64,000 bases of DNA from an uncultured virus (IMG/VR IMGVR_UViG_3300011756_000031) (IMGVR_UViG_3300011756_000031), one strand, 5' to 3'; positions 38,237 through 48,027 are shown, numbered from the stretch's first letter. Made by a program: numbers and translations. Notes: generated by a model from the sequence alone, not told the origin.

Positions 38237-38476
38237 ATGCCACGCCAAAATGATATCGAAACTGCCTTTAACACAGCGATAAATCATGAACCAAACGGTC
38301 GCCGCACTGTAACTACCGAGGACTTCGTTAAGCATCTGGCCCGTGCTAACTGGGATTGGTCATTAAAGGAGGCGAACGAGTGGATAGAAAGCCACGTTTC
38401 GACCTTCAAAGACATTTCGACCAGTGAGGGGCAGGCCAGAACCTTCATGCTCTACAACCCGAACGGAGGTCTGTAA
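38237..38476 (+). CDS. SOS-box-preceded small hypothetical protein
   Basis: 79 aa with RBS directly after the LexA box; coupled to the next gene. Confidence 0.75.
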   Translation: MPRQNDIETAFNTAINHEPNGRRTVTTEDFVKHLARANWDWSLKEANEWIESHVSTFKDISTSEGQARTFMLYNPNGGL

Positions 38477-38793
38477 TGGGGTTTCCTTCACCGGCAACGG
38501 ACTATGTCGAGCGGCGCCTAACGCCGGAGCTGATCTGCGGCGTTGGCATCGACACTCGAATAATGGAAACGTCATCCGGGTTTGCGGTGATCGAGCCGGT
38601 CACACGACTGGTACAGGGGCAGGTTCTGCTGATCCTTAGTGGCGGGCAAACCCAATTTGCTCGGTTTCTGGGAAAAGCATTAATCACAGAGGACGGCGAG
38701 GCGATAGAAGGCGACGCAGCGGAAGAGGTAGAAGTAATGGGCAGGGTGACTTTCTTCATAAACAGCACAGACGCTGATGATAGGCCGGTGTAG
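38476..38793 (+). CDS. UmuD'-like (HumD-like) protein
   Basis: Begins GFPSPATDYVE, like processed UmuD'; no recognisable catalytic Ser motif. Confidence 0.65.
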   Translation: MGFPSPATDYVERRLTPELICGVGIDTRIMETSSGFAVIEPVTRLVQGQVLLILSGGQTQFARFLGKALITEDGEAIEGDAAEEVEVMGRVTFFINSTDADDRPV

Positions 38794-38804
38794 AAAGAGC
38801 TCAT

Positions 38805-38831
38805 AAAAAAGCCCGCATCAGCGGGCTTCTT
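38805..38831. terminator. bidirectional intrinsic terminator
   Basis: AAAAAAGCCCGC-atca-GCGGGCTTCTT. Confidence 0.75.
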
Positions 38832-38956
38832 ATCACTCGGGAGCCGCGGCTCCTTTGCGTATCCTTTTTTGTCCCCTCACCGTCTGGTCGGTGTCCTGCT
38901 GAGACTGCTAACTTCCTGTTATTGCTGGTGACGTCCTATCACCGTCCAATCATGAT

Positions 38957-39000
38957 TGGTGGAGCTGGCGGGAGTTGAACCCGCGTCCGAAATTTCTACA
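38957..39000 (-). repeat. att core: duplicated 3' end of tmRNA (ssrA)
   Basis: Reverse complement TGTAGAAATTTCGGACGCGGGTTCAACTCCCGCCAGCTCCACCA = T-arm/acceptor end of enterobacterial tmRNA; the rest of ssrA is absent here. Confidence 0.92.
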
Positions 39001-39086
39001 TACCATTTATACCATAGTAAAAACAGCTATTTATGCTTAAAAACAGAGTGTTAGTGTTATTCGGTGTTTGTCCGTTTTATGCGTTT

Positions 39087-40181
39087 TTAATGCTCTGCCG
39101 CCAATTTGTCGCCATCATCTTCAATGCAGTAACATGATGACGTATATGAGGTCCATTCTGGCGAATAGAAATCTGTCACAGCATCTATATGCTCATCAAA
39201 TTTAAATCTTAAATTATCGGTATATAAATAGTTGTTTATATGTTGATAGGTTTTAAGTTCAATTCCATAGGCAAGGGAAATAAGTTTTTTTGTAATATAA
39301 TATGTGGCCTCAATAATATCGGCGAAAATCATTTCATGAGGACAGAAAGTGATCATGGTGATTTTTTCTTTAACTATCTGAATGCGAAGATTAGAGGTGC
39401 ATTCCACATTCAACATATCCAATATTGATGCGACATCAAAGGATATGGAGTTAAGTATTTCAATGTAATTATCGTTTGTGAGATCTTTAGATGATGTTTT
39501 TATGTTAAGTCTACTATCTATGGAATTAAAGAGGCTTAATATTTTATTCAAAAAATCAATATTCGCGGTATAATCAGATGAAGGGAATATTGTAGAGTCT
39601 GAATATATCCTGGAATATAGGGAGTATGGGTTTGTGACTTTAAGTTGGTGCGTCTTAAAAATATTCACCTCTAAATCATCAGGAGCATAAATATGTTCTG
39701 GAAACTTGTATTTTATTAAATCATCATTTGCATTAAGTACATTCCTAATATCAAAAGATAATAGTTCTTTGGCTTTTTCAACAAAGTTTTTTTCATGTGC
39801 TAGATGCCTGTCGATGGCATTTTTTTTCTCTGCTGCTTCAATCTGGGCTTCAGTTTGTATCGTTCGATGGATATTGTTAACAATCGACGCTAAAGGAACG
39901 GAACTAGCTAGTAATAATAGTGGGAATTTGCTTATTTCATAAAAACGGGCATATCCATGTGCTGAAAGTACAGGGGTTTTCCCATACCATGCAAACGCGC
40001 CAAAGTAGAAAAAAGATACTAAAGGCACTCCTACTGCAAGCCAGAATAGTTTCTGTCTAAATAAATTTCTCTTATCAAGGATATACCATTTTCGCCACGC
40101 CACAAATAGTGTAAAAAGGATAAGAAGTAAAATATAATAACTGATTCCTGGATAGTTAACAAAAATCTTTGTAATACTCAT
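39087..40181 (-). CDS. AT-rich 3-TM membrane protein, moron between int and att
   Basis: Three hydrophobic helices followed by HRTIQT..QI coiled coil; starts 3 bp after the int stop. Confidence 0.75.
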   Translation of the reverse strand: MSITKIFVNYPGISYYILLLILFTLFVAWRKWYILDKRNLFRQKLFWLAVGVPLVSFFYFGAFAWYGKTPVLSAHGYARFYEISKFPLLLLASSVPLASIVNNIHRTIQTEAQIEAAEKKNAIDRHLAHEKNFVEKAKELLSFDIRNVLNANDDLIKYKFPEHIYAPDDLEVNIFKTHQLKVTNPYSLYSRIYSDSTIFPSSDYTANIDFLNKILSLFNSIDSRLNIKTSSKDLTNDNYIEILNSISFDVASILDMLNVECTSNLRIQIVKEKITMITFCPHEMIFADIIEATYYITKKLISLAYGIELKTYQHINNYLYTDNLRFKFDEHIDAVTDFYSPEWTSYTSSCYCIEDDGDKLAAEH

Positions 40182-40183
40182 GA

Positions 40184-41200
40184 TTAACCTAAGTTATATA
40201 GTGGATTCTTAGTAATTGCATCTTCCAGATGTTCAGGAGAGAAGTGCGAATATACCATGGTCATTTTAATATCGGAGTGTCCCAAAATGTCACGAAGTAC
40301 CAGTATATTTCCGCCATTCATCATAAAGTGACTGGCGAATGTATGGCGCAGCACATGCGTGCACTGGCCTTCAGGCAAGTCGATACCCGCTCTTTTTACT
40401 GCACGCTCAAAAGCTTTTCTACATGGCGTGAATAGCTTCCCTCTGTTTTTGGGGAGTTCGTCATACAGATCCTGAGATATCGGTACGGTTCGGTTTTTCT
40501 TGCCTTTGGTTTTGGTATAAGTAATCCGATATTTAGATAACTGATGGCCCTGCAGCTTTTCGGCTTCACTCCACCGCGCGCCGGTGGCCAGACATACCTT
40601 TGCGATCATCAACAGGCTGGGGCTTTGAGAATCAGCGCAGGCATCAAGCAGGCGTTTAATTTCGTCTTGAGCTAGAAACGCCAGTTCCCCCTCTGCGATT
40701 TTGAATGTTGGTAATCCGGCGAGCGGGTTAGGCGCTGACCAGTGGCCTAGCTTTTTCAGGGTGCCAAAAACGGATGATAAGTTACGCTGTTCTAGGTTTA
40801 CCGTGCGGGGCTTTACTGGCGACATCAACGCGCCGTCTTCGTTACGTACCTCACCTTTTAATCGTGCCTCACGATATTTTGTAAAGTCACCGGCGGTTAA
40901 CTCAGAGGCGACGGGATCGCCCAGCCCATTGCAGATAATATTCAGTTTCGCCATTAGGCGCTTGGGGTCTGCGAGCGTCTGGCCGTAAAGGGAATGCCAC
41001 TGCTCAATCAATTCTGACAAACGCCGTCGATCATCCTTTTCACCCAGCCACGGCTTTTTGTTCACTTCATCCATGGTGAAGTTTTCGAATGCTACAGCCT
41101 CGCCCTTCGTCGCAAATTGCTTGCGCACGCGCTTGCCTTCACGCCCGTTCGGGTAACACTCGCACAACCATTTTCCGTTCGGCTGTTTTCTGATCGTCAT
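40184..41200 (-). CDS. int: P2/186-family integrase
   Basis: TGARWSE, HVLRHTFASH, LGHS...Y. Confidence 0.97.
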   Translation of the reverse strand: MTIRKQPNGKWLCECYPNGREGKRVRKQFATKGEAVAFENFTMDEVNKKPWLGEKDDRRRLSELIEQWHSLYGQTLADPKRLMAKLNIICNGLGDPVASELTAGDFTKYREARLKGEVRNEDGALMSPVKPRTVNLEQRNLSSVFGTLKKLGHWSAPNPLAGLPTFKIAEGELAFLAQDEIKRLLDACADSQSPSLLMIAKVCLATGARWSEAEKLQGHQLSKYRITYTKTKGKKNRTVPISQDLYDELPKNRGKLFTPCRKAFERAVKRAGIDLPEGQCTHVLRHTFASHFMMNGGNILVLRDILGHSDIKMTMVYSHFSPEHLEDAITKNPLYNLG

Positions 41201-41202
41201 AG

Positions 41203-41835
41203 TTAGATGCTCTTAATGACTTTTACTGCGCGGCCAACTACCTCGATATCATCCAAGCTGCATTCAAACGAAGAGTCATCTTGATGCACAACTAATCTGT
41301 TTCCCGGAAGACGAGTTAACTTAACAATGCTTTTTATCCCGTCGATATCGACCAACCACATCCCATTCACTGGTGGTGCCTGAGTACGGTCAACTAAATA
41401 TGAATTTCCAGCTGTGGTTACTAGAAGCAGCTCGTGTGAGTCAGATGGAAGCAGGCTGCTATCAATGATGGCCTTCCCGGCTTCAACCAGCGAACCTCCT
41501 ATGAGATTAACCTTGTCAATCTCGGGCGATACAAGTTCCGAAAGAGGTTTTATCTTCCCAGAGTTCACGAAATTGATACTTTTTTTATCATCAATTTTTG
41601 TTCCGGGTTCACCTTGACCTGTGGTAAGCCAGAGTAAAGAAACGCCCGTTTCAAGAGCGCATTGAATCACCCATTCGGCAGGGAAACTGTCTCTTAAGTA
41701 TCTATTAGCCATAGTACTTTTAGATGCGCCTAGGTGATCGCATAGCTGCTGCCTGGACTTAAAATCATAGGCAACCATTAATCTATGGATAGCCTCTCTA
41801 CCCCCTGTATTCTCGCCAGCTTTCACCTGTATCAT
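41203..41835 (-). CDS. cI: 186-type CI repressor
   Basis: GG.EAI.RL..AY, RDSFPAEWVIQCALETGVSL.WL..G.G. Confidence 0.92.
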   Translation of the reverse strand: MIQVKAGENTGGREAIHRLMVAYDFKSRQQLCDHLGASKSTMANRYLRDSFPAEWVIQCALETGVSLLWLTTGQGEPGTKIDDKKSINFVNSGKIKPLSELVSPEIDKVNLIGGSLVEAGKAIIDSSLLPSDSHELLLVTTAGNSYLVDRTQAPPVNGMWLVDIDGIKSIVKLTRLPGNRLVVHQDDSSFECSLDDIEVVGRAVKVIKSI

Positions 41836-41954
41836 TTCTTAATCCTATTGACGTATCAAATATTGGATCGTAGTATCTCAATTATTCAATTATTGAATGG
41901 CGTAAAACAAGATAAAACGACATAAACCAAACCTTAACTGAGAGATACTGCACT

Positions 41955-42197
41955 ATGAGCACCGATATTTCAATTCGTGTACCAAAAGAGATGGCTACAC
42001 CTGCAGAGTTCGCGGAATGGGAAGGCATTTCCCGCGGCTCTGTTTATCAAAAAATCCACCATGGCCAGTTGGCTAAATACATGGTCAGAAAGGAGAAAAA
42101 CAAGGGGCGAGTATGTCTTCGTTACCTGATGTACAAAACCGATCAGGTTCGTGAGTCCCTTGGTCATTCCAACTTCCGCATTGTTGTTGGTCAGTAA
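41955..42197 (+). CDS. Apl/Cox-like regulator-excisionase
   Basis: Divergent from cI; HTH (TPAEFAEWEGISRGSVY). Confidence 0.8.
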   Translation: MSTDISIRVPKEMATPAEFAEWEGISRGSVYQKIHHGQLAKYMVRKEKNKGRVCLRYLMYKTDQVRESLGHSNFRIVVGQ

Positions 42198-42229
42198 GTT
42201 CAATTATGAGAACTTTCTAAGAGGCTCGC

Positions 42230-42739
42230 ATGTTTGATTATAAGATTTCCAAACATCCACACTTTGAAGAGGCTTGCCGGGCTTTCGCACTGCGTCACAA
42301 CATGGCGAAGCTTGCAGAACGCGCGGGAATGAATGTCCAGACGCTGCGCAACAAGCTGAACCCGGACCAGCCGCATCAACTCACGCCACCTGAAATCTGG
42401 CTGCTTACCGATCTCACTGAGGACTCAACCCTTGTTGACGGCTTCTTAGCACAAATTCACTGCCTACCATGCGTACCGATGAACGAAGTGGCAAAAGAGA
42501 AGCTGCCGCACTACGTCATGAGCGCCACTGCTGAGATCGGGCGCGTTGCCGCCGGTGCCGTTACTGGCGATGTGAAAACCACCGCCGGACGCCGTGACGT
42601 GATCAGCAGCATCAATTCAGTAACTCGCCTGATGGCACTGGCTGCCGTTTCCATGCAGGCCCGCCTGCAGGCCAATCCTGCTATGGCAGGTGCGGTGGAC
42701 ACCGTAACGGGCCTTGGCGCTTCGTTCGGCATTATCTGA
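42230..42739 (+). CDS. cII: 186-type CII
   Basis: QTLRNKLNP.QPHQLT, LTEDSTLVDG. Confidence 0.92.
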   Translation: MFDYKISKHPHFEEACRAFALRHNMAKLAERAGMNVQTLRNKLNPDQPHQLTPPEIWLLTDLTEDSTLVDGFLAQIHCLPCVPMNEVAKEKLPHYVMSATAEIGRVAAGAVTGDVKTTAGRRDVISSINSVTRLMALAAVSMQARLQANPAMAGAVDTVTGLGASFGII

Positions 42740-42746
42740 GGTGATC

Positions 42747-42947
42747 ATGCTGACTAAAGAACCTTCATTCGCATCGCTTTTAGTAAAACAAAGCACGGCA
42801 ATGCACTGCGGACATGGCTGGATTATCGGGAAAGATGGCAAGCGCTGGCACCCGTCCCGCTCTCAGGACGAACTGCTGGCAGGGCTGACCACTACCAAAC
42901 AGGGGAAACCATGGCTATTGAAGGCGCTGCGGCGACTGTTCCATTAA
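42747..42947 (+). CDS. Fil-like protein
   Basis: SFASLLVKQS.AMH.GHGWI.GKDGKRWHP. Confidence 0.8.
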   Translation: MLTKEPSFASLLVKQSTAMHCGHGWIIGKDGKRWHPSRSQDELLAGLTTTKQGKPWLLKALRRLFH

Positions 42948-43252
42948 GCCCGGGTCAACGTCTGGAAGGGTTGAACCGTATAGCGGAGTTAAGGGCGAAT
43001 GTGTTTGGTCAGAATATTGAGCCAGAGCTTGAAAGATTTATTAAGGGTATGCGTGACCGTCGCGATATCAATAATACGCAAAATGAGCGTGCCCTGGCAG
43101 CCATATTCTTTATGGCAAAAATTCCGGCAGAACGTCACGGCGTCAACATTAGTGATCTGACTACTGACGAAAAGCGGGAACTGGTTATAGCAATGAATCA
43201 TTTTCGTGCAGTGGTGAGCTTATTTCCCAAACGGCTAACCATGCCGAATTAA
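42911..43252 (+). CDS. Dhr/DUF5347-like protein
   Basis: R.EGLN.IAELR, N.RALAAIF; synteny. Confidence 0.7.
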   Translation: MAIEGAAATVPLSPGQRLEGLNRIAELRANVFGQNIEPELERFIKGMRDRRDINNTQNERALAAIFFMAKIPAERHGVNISDLTTDEKRELVIAMNHFRAVVSLFPKRLTMPN

Positions 43253-43313
43253 CCCACAACAGAAATTAATGGCGTAAACCCGCCGGGCATTCTTTTGCCC
43301 AAATTTAGGAGTA

Positions 43314-43553
43314 ATGAATATGAGAAATATCGAAACCCGCACCACTAAAACCGGACCAGATGATGCTGGCCTGAACCAGATGCTGATCGAAGCGCGCAAA
43401 GAAGAACGCCGTGGCCGTGCTGATGTAATGGCGGCCCGCATGGAATCCATTGCTGCCCGTATTGTGTCGCGCCAGCTCAATCACACGGAAGCGGCGGAAC
43501 TGCTGCGTGAAGAAGCGATGAAGATTCAGAACGAAGCGCAGGAGATCCACTGA
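43314..43553 (+). CDS. DUF2732-like protein
   Basis: EARKEERR.RA, EAAELLR. Confidence 0.75.
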   Translation: MNMRNIETRTTKTGPDDAGLNQMLIEARKEERRGRADVMAARMESIAARIVSRQLNHTEAAELLREEAMKIQNEAQEIH

Positions 43554-43780
43554 TGGCCGATTCTATGGACCTCGTACAGCAGCGCGTTGAAGAAGAACTC
43601 CAGCGCCACATTCATACCGCTCGCAACAGAGCGCCGGGCGTTTCCCGTGTGCTTTGCATCGATTGCGATGCGCCGATCCCGCCAGCTCGACGCCGTGTCA
43701 TTCCAGGTGTGCAGTGCTGTGTCACCTGTCAGGAAATAGCTGAGCTGAAAGGCAAACATTACAACGGAGGTGCTGTATGA
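43553..43780 (+). CDS. TraR/DksA C4 zinc-finger protein
   Basis: MAD.MD, C.DC...IP..RR...PG...C..CQ. Confidence 0.9.
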   Translation: MADSMDLVQQRVEEELQRHIHTARNRAPGVSRVLCIDCDAPIPPARRRVIPGVQCCVTCQEIAELKGKHYNGGAV

Positions 43781-44631
43781 GCACCATTCTGAAATGGGCG
43801 GGAAATAAAACCGCTATCATGTCCGAACTGAAAAAGCACCTGCCTGCTGGCCCGCGACTGGTTGAGCCTTTCGCGGGTTCGTGCGCTGTGATGATGGCAA
43901 CAGACTATCCTCATTATCTTGTTGCGGATATTAACCCTGACCTGATTAACCTTTATCAGGTTATTAAAGAAGACGTTAACGGCTGCATTAATCTGGCTGA
44001 GCGTATATTCTCAAAGTTCACTACAGAAGAAGATTATTATAAATGCCGCCATTATTTTAATACTGTGCCCTTGGAGCCAATTGATAAGGCAGCTTATTTC
44101 CTTTTCCTCAATCGTCATTGTTATCGTGGGTTATGTCGTTATAACCAGCGCGGTCTTTTCAATGTGCCATATGGTAATTACGAAAAGCCTTATCTGCCCG
44201 TTGATGAAATACGGGCCTTTGCTGAAAAGGCTGCGCGTGCCACGTTCATCTGCGCCAGTTATGACGAGACACTGGCAATGCTGCAGGCGGGTGATGTGGT
44301 CTATTGCGATCCGCCATATGACGGCACATTTAGCGGTTATCACACTGCCGGGTTCTCTGATGATGACCAGTATGATTTGGCCTCTATTCTTGAACGCCGG
44401 GCATCAGAAGGCCATCCGGTCATCGTGTCCAATAGCGACACCCGTCTGATTCGTTCGTTGTATCGAAACTTCACCCTTCACCGCATTAGCGCAAAACGCA
44501 GCATTGGCGTTGCTGCAGGCGAAGGGAAAGCGGCTGACGAACTCATTGCGGTGCTTAAGCCGAAAGTGTGGGTAGGTTTTGATTTAGCGAGTGGACCTGA
44601 TTTCTACGTCGTGCATGAGGTGCGCGCGTGA
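43777..44631 (+). CDS. dam: Dam-family DNA adenine methyltransferase
   Basis: LKWAGNK, EPFAGS, YCDPPY. Confidence 0.95.
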   Translation: MSTILKWAGNKTAIMSELKKHLPAGPRLVEPFAGSCAVMMATDYPHYLVADINPDLINLYQVIKEDVNGCINLAERIFSKFTTEEDYYKCRHYFNTVPLEPIDKAAYFLFLNRHCYRGLCRYNQRGLFNVPYGNYEKPYLPVDEIRAFAEKAARATFICASYDETLAMLQAGDVVYCDPPYDGTFSGYHTAGFSDDDQYDLASILERRASEGHPVIVSNSDTRLIRSLYRNFTLHRISAKRSIGVAAGEGKAADELIAVLKPKVWVGFDLASGPDFYVVHEVRA

Positions 44632-47120
44632 GCCATCACGACGTTAAAAAGCACGGCGGTGCAGATTATGCCGTCGCTGCTTTTAACTGGAATGTGCCTA
44701 AAGAGGCGATTAACCCATATCTGGACCCGGCGGAAGTTGCGCCGGTTTCTGAGCTTTCAAACCTGATCGCTCTTTACGCTGCGGACAACGAGCAGGAGCA
44801 GCTGCGCCGCGGGGCATTGAGCGATAAGGTTTGGGAACACTATTTTTACAATGAATCCCGTGATCCTGTTCAGCGCGAAATGGAGCAGGACCAGCTGATC
44901 AGTCGCGCCAAAATGGCCCGCGAACAGCAGCAATTCAATCCCGATCTGGTCATTATTGCTGACGTGAGCGCCCAACCGGCGCATATCAGCAAGCCACTGC
45001 TCGAAAGGATTAAATATTTCCAGAGCCTGGGCAAACCAAAGGCATATTCCCGATACCTGCGGGAAACCATCAGGCCGTGCCTTGAACGGCTGGAGCAAGT
45101 GCGCATTAGTCAGGTTTCTGCCTCCTTCCGTTTTATGGCGAGCCAGGACGGAATGGAGGGCTTGCTGGTTCTGCCAGAAATGAATCAGGAGCAGGTTAAG
45201 CGCTTGTCTACCCTGGTAGCTGCGCACATGAGCATGTGTCTGGATGCGGCCTGCAGTGAGCTGTTTACTGATGAAGACGTTATGCCGGAAGAGATCCGCC
45301 GGTCATGGGAAAGGGTCGCCGCTGAAGCTATGCGCCTTGATGTTATCCCACCTGCATTTGAACAGCTTCGCCGTAAAAAGAACCGCCGTAACCCGGTCCC
45401 GTATGAGCTTATTCCGGGTTCACTTGCCCGTATGCTTTGTGCGGACTGGTGGTATCGCAAGCTATGGCAGATGCGGTGTGAATGGCGGGAAGAGCAGCTA
45501 CGTGCTGTTTGCCTGGTTAACAAAAAGGCGTCCCCGTATGTCAGCTATGAAGCCGTGATCCACAAACGTGAACAGCGCCGCAAATCGCTGGAGTTTTTCC
45601 GATCTCATGAGCTGGTTAACGCTGACGGTGACACGCTGGATATGGAAGAGGTGGTAAACGCCAGCAGCAGCAATCCGGCGCACCGCCGCAACGAAATGAT
45701 GGCCTGCGTTAAGGGACTGGAACTAATTGCAGAAATGCGCGGTGAGTGCGCGGTGTTCTATACCATCACCTGCCCGTCACGCTTCCACGCAACCCTCAAC
45801 AACGGCAGGCCAAACCCGAAATGGAACAGCGCGACGGTCCGGCAGAGCAGCGATTACCTAGTAAACATGTTTGCTGCTTTCCGTAAGGCAATGCACAAGG
45901 CCGGGCTGCGCTGGTATGGCGTCCGCGTTGCAGAACCGCACCATGACGGCACCGTACACTGGCATCTGCTGTGCTTCATGCGAAAAAAAGACCGTAAATC
46001 CATCACCGCGCTGCTGCGTAAATTTGCCATTCGTGAGGACCGGGAGGAGCTGGGCACCAATACCGGGCCGCGATTCAAGTCTGAGCTTATCAACCCACGT
46101 AAGGGCACGCCTACAAGTTATATCGCTAAATACATCAGCAAGAATATCGACGGGCGCGGGCTGGCGCAGGAAATCAGCAAAGAAACGGGCAGATCACTGC
46201 GCGATAACGCTGAGAACGTAAACGCCTGGGCATCGCTGCATCGTGTTCAGCAATTCCGCTTCTTTGGCATCCCTGGCCGTCAGGCATACCGCGAGTTGCG
46301 CCTGCTGGCCGGTCAGGCTGCCAGAGTACAGGGCGACAAGAAAGCTGGCGCGCCGGTACTGGAAAACCCGCGTCTGGATGCTGTACTGGCTGCAGCTGAT
46401 GCTGGCTGTTTTGCCACATACATCATGAAGCAGGGCGGCGTCCTGGTTCCCCGCAAACATCACCTTGTCAGAACTGCTTATGAGCTGAACGACGAACCGA
46501 GCGCATACGGCGATCACGGTATTCGTATTTATGGCATCTGGTCCCCGATCATTGAGGGCCGGATCTGCACTCATGCAGTGAAGTGGAAAATGGTTCGTAA
46601 AGCCGTTGACCTTCAGGAGGCGGTAGCCGACCAGGGCGCTAGCGCCCCTTGGACTCGTGGCAATAACTGTCCCCCTGTTGAAAATTTGAACCAAACAGGC
46701 GGGGATCTACCCGAGATTAAATCCATGAATGACAAGGAGCTGCATGAGTACCTGCACAGCATGGGCCGGAAAGAACGCCGTGAGCTGACCGCAAGGCTGA
46801 GGCTCGTTAAACCGAAGCGGAAAAAGGAATACAAACAGAACATTTCGGATCAGCAGCGCCTTCAGCTTGAGTATGAACTGCAGTCCAGAGGGTTCGATGG
46901 CAGTGAATATGAGGTTAATTTACTTGTACGCGGCGGCAGCCTTCCGTCAGGGGGGGCTTGCGCATCTTTTACCAGAACGGGCGGCTGCGTGAGGATGACA
47001 AGTGGCGGCAGTATTACTGACCAACCAAAAAAATCCTGTTTTGACTCATATCAGGGCTTTCTTATTGAGGGCCAAAAAAGCGTTTTACATTTAGAAATCG
47101 GTACTATACTGTATATATAA
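44628..47120 (+). CDS. A: rolling-circle replication protein gpA (C-terminus apparently frameshifted at G7, 46950-46956)
   Basis: [20 protein letters not shown] (HUH), [12 protein letters not shown]. Confidence 0.93.
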   Translation: MSHHDVKKHGGADYAVAAFNWNVPKEAINPYLDPAEVAPVSELSNLIALYAADNEQEQLRRGALSDKVWEHYFYNESRDPVQREMEQDQLISRAKMAREQQQFNPDLVIIADVSAQPAHISKPLLERIKYFQSLGKPKAYSRYLRETIRPCLERLEQVRISQVSASFRFMASQDGMEGLLVLPEMNQEQVKRLSTLVAAHMSMCLDAACSELFTDEDVMPEEIRRSWERVAAEAMRLDVIPPAFEQLRRKKNRRNPVPYELIPGSLARMLCADWWYRKLWQMRCEWREEQLRAVCLVNKKASPYVSYEAVIHKREQRRKSLEFFRSHELVNADGDTLDMEEVVNASSSNPAHRRNEMMACVKGLELIAEMRGECAVFYTITCPSRFHATLNNGRPNPKWNSATVRQSSDYLVNMFAAFRKAMHKAGLRWYGVRVAEPHHDGTVHWHLLCFMRKKDRKSITALLRKFAIREDREELGTNTGPRFKSELINPRKGTPTSYIAKYISKNIDGRGLAQEISKETGRSLRDNAENVNAWASLHRVQQFRFFGIPGRQAYRELRLLAGQAARVQGDKKAGAPVLENPRLDAVLAAADAGCFATYIMKQGGVLVPRKHHLVRTAYELNDEPSAYGDHGIRIYGIWSPIIEGRICTHAVKWKMVRKAVDLQEAVADQGASAPWTRGNNCPPVENLNQTGGDLPEIKSMNDKELHEYLHSMGRKERRELTARLRLVKPKRKKEYKQNISDQQRLQLEYELQSRGFDGSEYEVNLLVRGGSLPSGGACASFTRTGGCVRMTSGGSITDQPKKSCFDSYQGFLIEGQKSVLHLEIGTILYI

Positions 47121-47124
47121 ACAG
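47109..47124. promoter_or_regulatory. LexA (SOS) box of the tum operon
   Basis: CTGTATATATAAACAG; degenerate second site immediately 3'. Confidence 0.88.
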
Positions 47125-47173
47125 TGTGTATACATACAGTTATATTGTGTAAGTGGCCGTAATAGGAGGGAAA

Positions 47174-47362
47174 ATGCAGGATTATCTTTTGGAGTCATTG
47201 AAACTTCAGCGCATTGATTTTTTCATAAAGCTGGTAGCGGCAAGTGAGTGCAGCGAGGAAGAAAAGCGGCTGGCTATCCAGTGGGTTTCTGAGCTGACTG
47301 ACGAGCTGATGGCGAAAATTCGCAACCATGAATACAGCCGCACAATGGACGTTACCAGTTAG
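47174..47362 (+). CDS. Tum-like SOS antirepressor
   Basis: After the LexA box; LQRIDFF..LVA.S.C..EEK.LA..W; position as in 186/Fels-2. Confidence 0.7.
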   Translation: MQDYLLESLKLQRIDFFIKLVAASECSEEEKRLAIQWVSELTDELMAKIRNHEYSRTMDVTS

Positions 47363-47372
47363 GGAAAAATCT

Positions 47373-47606
47373 ATGCGCATTGAAATAATGATCGATAAAG
47401 AGCAGATAATTAGCCAGGCGCTGTTAGAAGCACTTGAATCCGAGCTTTACCGAAACTTGCGCCCCCTCTACCCAAAAACAGCTATCCGAATCCGCAAAGG
47501 TAGTGCCAATGGCATTGAACTTAGTGGGGTAAAACAGGCTGAAGATAAGGAACGTGTAATGGAAATTCTGCAGCAGGTCTGGGAAGACGACAGCTGGTTG
47601 CACTAG
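47373..47606 (+). CDS. DinI-family protein
   Basis: MRIEI, AL..EL, EILQQVWED.SW. Confidence 0.85.
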   Translation: MRIEIMIDKEQIISQALLEALESELYRNLRPLYPKTAIRIRKGSANGIELSGVKQAEDKERVMEILQQVWEDDSWLH

Positions 47607-47823
47607 CTAACGTTGTGGATGTCGGAACGTTGTTCTGGCATCCGCAAGGTTGAACAACGAGCATGCGAGGCGTTAGCAGTGGATAAATTGATTGCAGATC
47701 GGTACGTAAATAGGTTAATACGTAGCACTCTTAGAATAGGTTCACATTTTTGTTGTCTTATAATTAGAAGGTATCAAATTCCACGCGCCATACTCTGTGG
47801 CGTCTGAGGCATTAGGAGGTGTT

Positions 47824-48024
47824 ATGTCTGAACTTCTTCGTAAAGTTCTCTCGGCTCCCGGTAGAATTATGCAGGATGTTATTCGTCAGGACGTGCAACA
47901 GTCTGATAATAGTAAGATTATTACAGATGCTAACGGTGCTGCGACTTTAAACATGAATAATAAACAGGTGCGAGAATCAATGCGCGCCAGAATGGAAGAG
48001 TTGGCTGCTAAAAGACAAGGATGA
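47824..48024 (+). CDS. small hypothetical protein (hotspot cargo)
   Basis: AGGAGG RBS, ATG 47824, 3 bp before the next gene. Confidence 0.7.
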   Translation: MSELLRKVLSAPGRIMQDVIRQDVQQSDNSKIITDANGAATLNMNNKQVRESMRARMEELAAKRQG

Positions 48025-48027
48025 GGA

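Larger units (their letters stand above)
1..38956. mobile_element. SfV/phiP27-like lambdoid prophage (HK97-type head, Mu-like contractile tail); left boundary outside window
   Basis: Canonical order int-xis-early left-cI-cro-cII-rep-dam-rusA-Q-lysis-HNH-terS/L-portal-protease-capsid-sheath-tube-TMP-baseplate-fibre; right end abuts the ssrA 3' fragment. Confidence 0.93.

Noticed and set aside
38957..39000. Complete tRNA or tmRNA gene
   Set aside because: Only the 3' 44 nt are present and the sequence upstream on the minus strand is phage att arm; treated as an att duplication
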